A stretch of DNA of 41,936 nt from Hyphochytrium catenoides (lineage: Eukaryota; Protista; Hyphochytriomycota): contig FLMG01004319.1 of the NCBI GenBank assembly GCA_900088475.1, forward strand, positions 1 to 41,936, given 5' to 3'. The position numbers were made by a program, and so were the translations under genes. The notes below the pieces were generated by a model. That model saw nothing but the letters and a program-made list of their open reading frames with translations, was not told where the DNA came from and searched no databases. Within the stretch, counting starts at the first letter, position 1, and each line of letters opens with the position of its first letter. Positions 35,476 to 41,936 of this stretch are shown here, one piece after another.

Positions 35476-37060
35476 CTCTCTCCCATCATTGTATATGTTC
35501 CTGACAATGCGTTCTTCCTCTCCTCTCTCACTCCACGTCCCCTTCGACTCTTCTTCCTTCTTCGACCTTCTTATTGGAAGCGATTGACGCCAGAAAGATG
35601 AGGTTTATTCCTGCGACCCCTTCTCTCTCAGACTCCCATCTGCTTGCCATCACCAGCAACCCCAGCTCGGGCAGAGCGCCGACAGCCGGAGAGACGACAG
35701 TGCGCTCAACCGAGAGACGACAGAGGGAGAGAGAGACAGACAGAGAAGAGGGTTACCGCAGCTCTCTCCTCTCTGCTGAGGCTTCGTTAAGAGAGTTTCT
35801 CGCTGTTGCTGACTGGTCTTCAGGCACCCCCAACCACTCCAGGGCCAGCGCTAGTGCCGGCATTCTAATGCAGTTTGCCTTGGCTGTGAGACCTGAGAGG
35901 TGAACGCTTCCCTCTCTGTCTATCTCTTCTTCCCTTGACTGTCTCGCTTCTTTCTCTTTTGCCTCCTTACATGTTACTGCGCCCCTACAGTCTCTCTTGG
36001 CTAGCAGTTTTCTCTCTCTCTCTCTCACACAAAATCATATCTTGTCTCTGTCTTCTCTCTTCCCCCTCCTCTCCCCAAACAAGCGATGTTCTCTGGCAGG
36101 TGACCCAGCAGTTAGTTCGCTGCATCTATCGGAATGGCGATGAGTTGCTTCAGCGAGCGCTTGAAGAACGGGAGGAAGACGAAGAAGAGGGGAAAGAAAG
36201 AAGAAGAAGCATTGCTCTCTTCAGGAACCAAGGCGACGCTTTCTTCGATCATCAGGTACCGAGAGGGAAGAGGAAGTGCGTTTAAGCAAAAGAAGTGGGA
36301 GAAAGAGCTTAGGGAAGAGAAGCGGGTAGGAAAGGGAGATAGACAATAATAACTGGATGACAGAACCCCTCTCCAGAAGAGAGAGACAGAGCAGAGAAGA
36401 GAATTGCTTTCCATCCTCTTCTCTCTAACAGTTGCTCGTCTATCGTCTCTTCTTTCTTGTTATCCCCTGCTTACAATGCCCTCAGCCTGATCCCTCTGTG
36501 GCGGAAGAGATGCATAAGATCCGGACAAAGAATGCAGTGTGGGAGAAAGAGAAAGAGAGGATGGACGCTGAGCTTAGAAGGAGAAAAAGGATGCTCGCTT
36601 ACGCAGTGAAGCTGTGGAGAGAAGCGCTTCTTCGAACGTCTCTCTTCCACTGGACATCCTTTCTAGAGATCAAGAGGAGCAGAGATCGCAGGTAAAGAGA
36701 CCGCGACGAGAGAGAGAGAGAATCATCGCGTTAAGGTCGGTCACAATTTCAAAGTCACGTTGCTCTCGTCATGTTCGTCTTACGGGTTGATGGACCTCTA
36801 CTTGTCAGTGAACCTCACTCTCTCCCCATCTTGTCCCGAACAAATGCCCGTTGTTGCTTGCCCTCCCCTCTTCTATTTGCGGCTGTTATAGATATTATAG
36901 ACGAAGGCAACGCATCTGGTTTGAAGGCTGGAGAAGAAGAGTGGCGGCGCGGAAGCTGATAGCGCTCATGAGGTAGTCCAACGAGGACATTGGACGTATG
37001 AAAAAACGATTGTTCTGCAAGATGTTCGTCTAAGAGGGAGAAAGGATAGAAGCCAAGAGG

Positions 37061-37091
<31 letters not shown>

Positions 37092-37405
37092 TGGAGTTAG
37101 ACATACTCTCCTACTCGTTCCGTCTGCTCAAACTGTCCCCATCGTCCTTCTCTCTCTTCCCTTCCAATTCCCCTTTGTGAACTACCTACGGTTCTTTACT
37201 CTCTCCTACACTTCTTTCCTCTTTGCTATGTGTCAGGCAAGGAGTAGATCCGGACCAAGACGATAAGAGTGCGGAACAAGAAACAACTGAAGGCAACAGG
37301 GAGACTGCCGCTCCACAGCAACTAGGAAAGGAGACAGACATAGAAGAGAAAGAGCAATTTGACAAACGCAACGATAGCCAAGGTGAAAAATGGGAACAAG
37401 AGTGA
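34277..37405 (+). CDS. Hypothetical multi-exon protein with Ser/Pro-rich N-terminus, coiled coil and Sfi1-like (centrin-binding) motifs
   Basis: Probable exons ~34277-35105, 35581-35899, ~36100-36255, 36486-36691, 36891-36972 and 37236-37405 with GT-AG ends. The 3' exons join in frame: AYAVKLWREALLRTSLFHWT...RDR|RYYRRRQRIWFEGWRRR...LM|RQGVDPD. The 5' structure is less certain. Confidence 0.55.
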
Positions 37406-37676
37406 TCTACGCAGCTAAGACGAGGCAGCTCGTGATAGGGCAGAGGTGCATGGCGCTCATGGAAGAGGAGCATAAGGAGGGATGTACTCGTTGTTTCATT
37501 AGCCGAACGCCCGTCACAACATTATCAAAGCCACACAAGGCTCTCAGCCAGTTTCCTAGTCTAAAGGGAGTTAGCAAGGAGAAGTAGACATGGGGAAAGC
37601 AGAAGGATACTCTTATCTGCTCCCGCTCCCTTCCCTCGCTCACATCTGTCTGTTTGATCGTTTCTTTCCTCGTGTT

Positions 37677-40302
37677 CTAGCCAATGTGCTTGTTCTCATT
37701 CCACATCTTGGCTGCTTCATCAGGCCCAATCGCTTTAGCTGCTGCCTCTTTGACAGGGTTGAAGTATGGGTGACCCATTGCTTCCACGGTTGTTAGACGT
37801 TCTTGATGGTCATAACTATAGTGTAAGGAAGGTGGTCGATCATTAGCGTGATCTTCGTGAGAGAAGAGAAGATCTAGAAGCGCAAACAAGACAACAGAGA
37901 CCGAGAAAAGGAGGAAATGCGATAAAAGAGGACAGAGGGAAAGAGAGAGTTGATAAAGGTGTTTACTCGACGCAAGGAAGTGCGAGAGGAGCAGGCATGC
38001 AGGGAAGGGCGGCTGTCTTACCGCAGTAGCTTGCTAAGAAAATCGATGGCATCAGGTGTTGCAAGATGCTCATTTTCTGAGTTAACAAACTTGATAAATG
38101 GTTTCTTAGAGTGGCGGCCAAGAATGCCATCAAAGTGTGGGTCCAACTCCAAGTCATAGAGATCCAGATACTCGAAGAGCTCGTCAGTGCCGAGGACCTT
38201 AATGTAAAGAGAGGAGGGAAAGCACAACGTCAACCCGAGGAAGAGTATCAGGAAGACACATATAGTATTTCAATGAAGGTGCAGAGTATTCAAAAACCCA
38301 CAGAGTTGAGAAGAATGCGGTTAAGGAAACCATCTGCTCGTGCAAAACCAATTTTTGCCAGCGAGAGTCTAATATCAGGCAAGAGCCTACTCAAAGGGAG
38401 AAGGCTGGAGCTCCACGCGTGGCAAAGGGAACAGATTGCTCTCACCTTTGCTATTTTCACCAGCTGATCATAGTTGTCGTGCCCATGGAAAAATGGCTCC
38501 TTTCTGAAAATCTGCATACCAGCAGTCGCAAAAGAAAGGTTTGGATGAGCCAAAGGCTTGATAGATCTCCGCAGGTGCAAAGCTATCGACTAATCATCGT
38601 CACAACGGATAGAACTGTAGACTCGGCGAATAAAAGCAGCCTAGAGTATTTAGACGGAGAGAATAGAGTGATGACAGCTGCCAGAGCAAAGTTGAGTCAA
38701 GAAGTGGCAGGTGCACTAACCATGCCAGCGAACATGCAACCTAGACTCCACATGTCAAGGGCATAGTCATAGTCTTGCAGGTCAACGAGCAGCTCTGGTC
38801 CCTTAAAGTACCGGGAAGCTACTCTCACGTTGTACTCCCGCCCTGCATACACCAGAAGCAGGGATTATGTCAAGACCCATCAGGGAGAAGCGTAGAGCCT
38901 TCAGCAAGGAAGGGAAGCCCAGAAGATTGAGAATGAAGACTTTAAGACTTCTGGTAAGTATTACCAGGATGATAGAACTCTGCGAGACCCCAATCGATGA
39001 GCCTAAGTTGTCTTTTGTCGTGATCTATCATCACATTGTGAGGCTTCACGTCCCGATGCATGATACCGTTAGAGTGACAGTAGTCCAACGCCTAAAGGAA
39101 AAAGAATTGAAAAGAGGAAAGGCAGTAAAGCAGAGGAACGGAATGTCCTCAGTACTTGCCGCCACTTTGAAAGACATGACCCTGGTCAGCCTAGTAGACC
39201 ATTTCTCTGCCTTTCTCTTCCTCTTTTAGCCCTCTACCCCGTCTGCTCCGCCCGTGACGAGGCGTGTACAACTCACCTTCAAGAGCTCGAAGATGTAGAA
39301 CCTGATATCGAAGTCCGTAAGTGTAGGGTATAGCACTTTGAAGTCTTTGTTGTTGATGTGTTCGAACACGAGTGATGGGGTCTTAGACTGAGAGTCGCGA
39401 ACAACGTCTAGCAGTTGGATGATGTTCGGTCCGCCGCATAGATTCTGAAGTATCTTTATTTCTCTGGATACAAGCAAGACCAGCAGGAGGCAATGAGTAT
39501 ACTCACCCCAGACCACAAGTAAGAGGGAAAGAAGGCATTTCGCCAATGGAAGTAGGACGAACTTGAAGAACGAAACAGCAAAAGGATGACATGACTGGGA
39601 ACAGCTGAGCAAAAGGTGCTAGAAGTCTTCAGGCCATTTTAGACTGCATGCATCTGGGACAAGCAGAGACGATAACCAGAAGATAAACTTCGTTGCCGAA
39701 GACAGCAAAGAAGGAGAGTGTCGCTTATGTGCCAACAGGGACAGGCAAGGGGTCTCATAGATACCTCTTGATCTTCTTCTTCTTTACTGGTTTGAGTATC
39801 TTGATCACACACTTCGTGTTGTTCGTGGTGTTCCAGCCCTCAAACACTTCGCTGTACTTGCCTCGTCCTATTTTTCTCACTACCTCATAATCATCCTGGT
39901 TCCTAGAGGTGGCAACGTACGTTAGCGCAGTCAGCTAAGCTCATGAAGGAATTTTTTTAGCCAGTCAGCTAAGCTCATGAAGGATTTTAGAGGCAGGCCC
40001 GCCCACGCTGACAGAGAGAGGTCAACACACGATCGCCCAGAAGAGCGACAGCAGTCTGGCAAAGGAGTCCCAGCACAAGAAGAAGAGGCGAGCAGAGAAG
40101 GAAACATGCACAGACATGGAGACATATTCAACAGCTAGATTGTTCCAAGAAGAGGCGGCCGTAAGAGGGGCACCAGTATAACTCTAGACAAGCCAAGGAA
40201 TCGACAACTATCGATACATGCCACACTCACCCCCAGCTCACAGCAAGGTTCTCATAGTCCCAGTACTCGCGTGGGCGGTTTGTGTTGATATCAGCGTATA
40301 TT
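37677..40302 (-). CDS. CKA1: Casein kinase 2 catalytic subunit alpha, multi-exon; first exon upstream of 40302 unresolved
   Basis: Exons translate to [114 protein letters not shown] and [16 protein letters not shown]. Confidence 0.96.
39928..39984. repeat. 23-bp direct duplication inside a CK2 intron
   Basis: cagtcagctaagctcatgaagga occurs at 39928-39950 and 39962-39984. Confidence 0.85.
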
Positions 40303-41719
40303 CTGTGCAGGACATAGAGTAATGGCACATTGACGTTCAGAGATAATTGCAGCGAGAGAGCAGTGAACAGTCACAGAGCGCGGCGGTTCCCCGCTGCAGA
40401 ACATAGAAGCTTAAGTAGCGGAGATCACTTCTAGGCACAGGTCCCAATAAGCAGGACAAGCCAAGAAACAATACTTCCCGAAAGGAGATGGACATCTTTG
40501 AACTTCGAACCTTGCTACGCTTGACATTCCTATTAAGTGGGTCTCTGAGCTCCGCGGTCGCAGTGCAAGACCAGATGATAATGGACGCCCCAGACGGGAC
40601 AAAGAGCCAAGGCGAGTAGTGGCAATTGTTCTGCTCACTAGGAGAAGGTAGGGCAAGCCCACCCACAGCCTCAATCGCAAAGGTACTTCTAAGAGACAGA
40701 GGTAAGATGTCCGCAGTTACTTCTTGCCCTCGTGAAGAGATCCTCCTCCTTGTCCTCACGCCTTGATATGACACCTCGATTCGCGTGCTTCCAATGCTCT
40801 TGTTGCTGCTGAGGGCTAGCCAGTCCCAGTTCAAGCCTATCGAAGATGCTGCCGGCTTGCGTGCCTGCCTAGACCCTGGTAACTGTTGGGCCAGTGTGTC
40901 CTTGGCCTCGTTATGATTGCTCAAGTTCATCCACCCAGAGATTCCTATTGCAGATTTCCGATGATCTTGTACACAGCTATCTCATGCACGACTAGACCCT
41001 ATCTCCACCGCCCTCTTCCTCAGCGCTAAGCCCATAGTTTACATTCTTTTATCCCTCTCTTTGCGATCTGTCTGTTCTGACTCGGCCCTCTGTCTCTCCC
41101 ACCACAGTCCCACACTTCACTCTCGAGGTCAAGTGGCTACCCTACGAAGGCCACATTTCTTGCAGAGACGGCTGCTGCTCAGTGCCTAATAAACACCATC
41201 TTCTTCCCAAGGCACCTCATAAAGGTGTGTCACTCTTGATTTATTAGTTATCAGAGGTAGATAATCGTAGTGAAATCGCAATAGTGCAAGAGTTATTCTC
41301 GGACACGAAGGGGACACAAAAGACAGCTCTTGACTCCTTTCCGAAACTAATTTGCCCCCCTCAAGGCTAGCTAGCATATATCTCACATCCGCAGTAGTTC
41401 CTAGCGTGTCCGATGCTCCATGGGGCGGCCTGGCTCTGGGGTCTCTCGTCTTTGGCGGGCCCTGTGTTAGCCTGTCGGCATCTCTTGAAGGAGGCGGCAG
41501 ATAGACGGCGTCGTCCGTTGTCGTCATTATTGCCGTCCGCCCGCTTCTTGCTCCCGAACATCCGCCTACCGCTGCGTTTCCTCCTTCTGCTGCTCGAGTC
41601 TTCCTTCCACTCGTCTCTCCCATCTGCCGTCGCACTTCTGCTTATGTCGTCTCTATGTGTCCTCCTTGTTGAGAGCAGTCCGGTCACGACGTACCAACCG
41701 GCGCGCTAACAGAAAGAAC

Positions 41720-41936
41720 TTACGAGGAACAGTGGTTAAGCCGATCACCTCACAGATAGGTCAAAGAGCTAATACAGCGGTAAAGCTGTTATGAAGGCCG
41801 TTCAGCTAAAGACGCTTTAGCAGGTTGGCTAGCTGATTTTTCTGGTGCTTGGCAAATTGCAGAATAGCTGGAAGTCCTCAAGGCAATCAACAGTTGCTTT
41901 GTCCAGCACGGAGGCGGAGTACATAGCTTTGTGCAC
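41720..41936 (+). mobile_element. Degenerate Ty1/copia LTR-retrotransposon pol fragment (RT end / RNase H), continues beyond the window
   Basis: 41866-41936 translates as SWKSSRQSTVALSSTEAEYIALC, the copia RNase H signature. Upstream frameshifted remnants LRGT (41720) and LAGWLADFSG resemble YLKGT and LxGYxDADxAG. Confidence 0.82.

Noticed and set aside
41186-41709. Overlapping ORFs of 98-149 aa upstream of CK2
   Set aside because: No recognisable domain and no phase-compatible splice to the CK2 exon; left unannotated.

Overview
This is eukaryotic (protist-like) nuclear draft sequence with N gaps, spliceosomal GT-AG introns, and alternating blocks that are rich or poor in (CT)n/(AG)n microsatellites. 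Most short ORFs in the supplied track are microsatellite artefacts, so I rebuilt the real genes by hand from splice sites. In order, the window holds: a purple acid phosphatase (+); a prokaryote-type (type III/FCSD-like) sulfide:quinone oxidoreductase-family flavoprotein with an N-terminal MGCxxS acylation motif and a ~300-aa low-complexity spacer (-); a ~1.15 kb segment bounded by palindrome-rich direct repeats, just upstream of tRNA-Leu(AAG); a small secreted protein with an RxLR-like motif (-); a 9-exon PEX11 that is almost invisible in the ORF track (-); a guanylate-binding protein ending in a CaaX box (+); an intronless bacterial-type MetA homoserine O-acyltransferase (-); NO66/RIOX1 (+); an intronless RNI-like LRR protein (-); an unknown protein with Sfi1-type centrin-binding motifs (+); CK2 alpha (-); and a decayed Ty1/copia RT-RNase H relic at the right edge. 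The most novel-looking item is the lipid-anchored, long-stalked prokaryote-type SQR. No database searches were run, so family calls rest on motifs recognised by eye.
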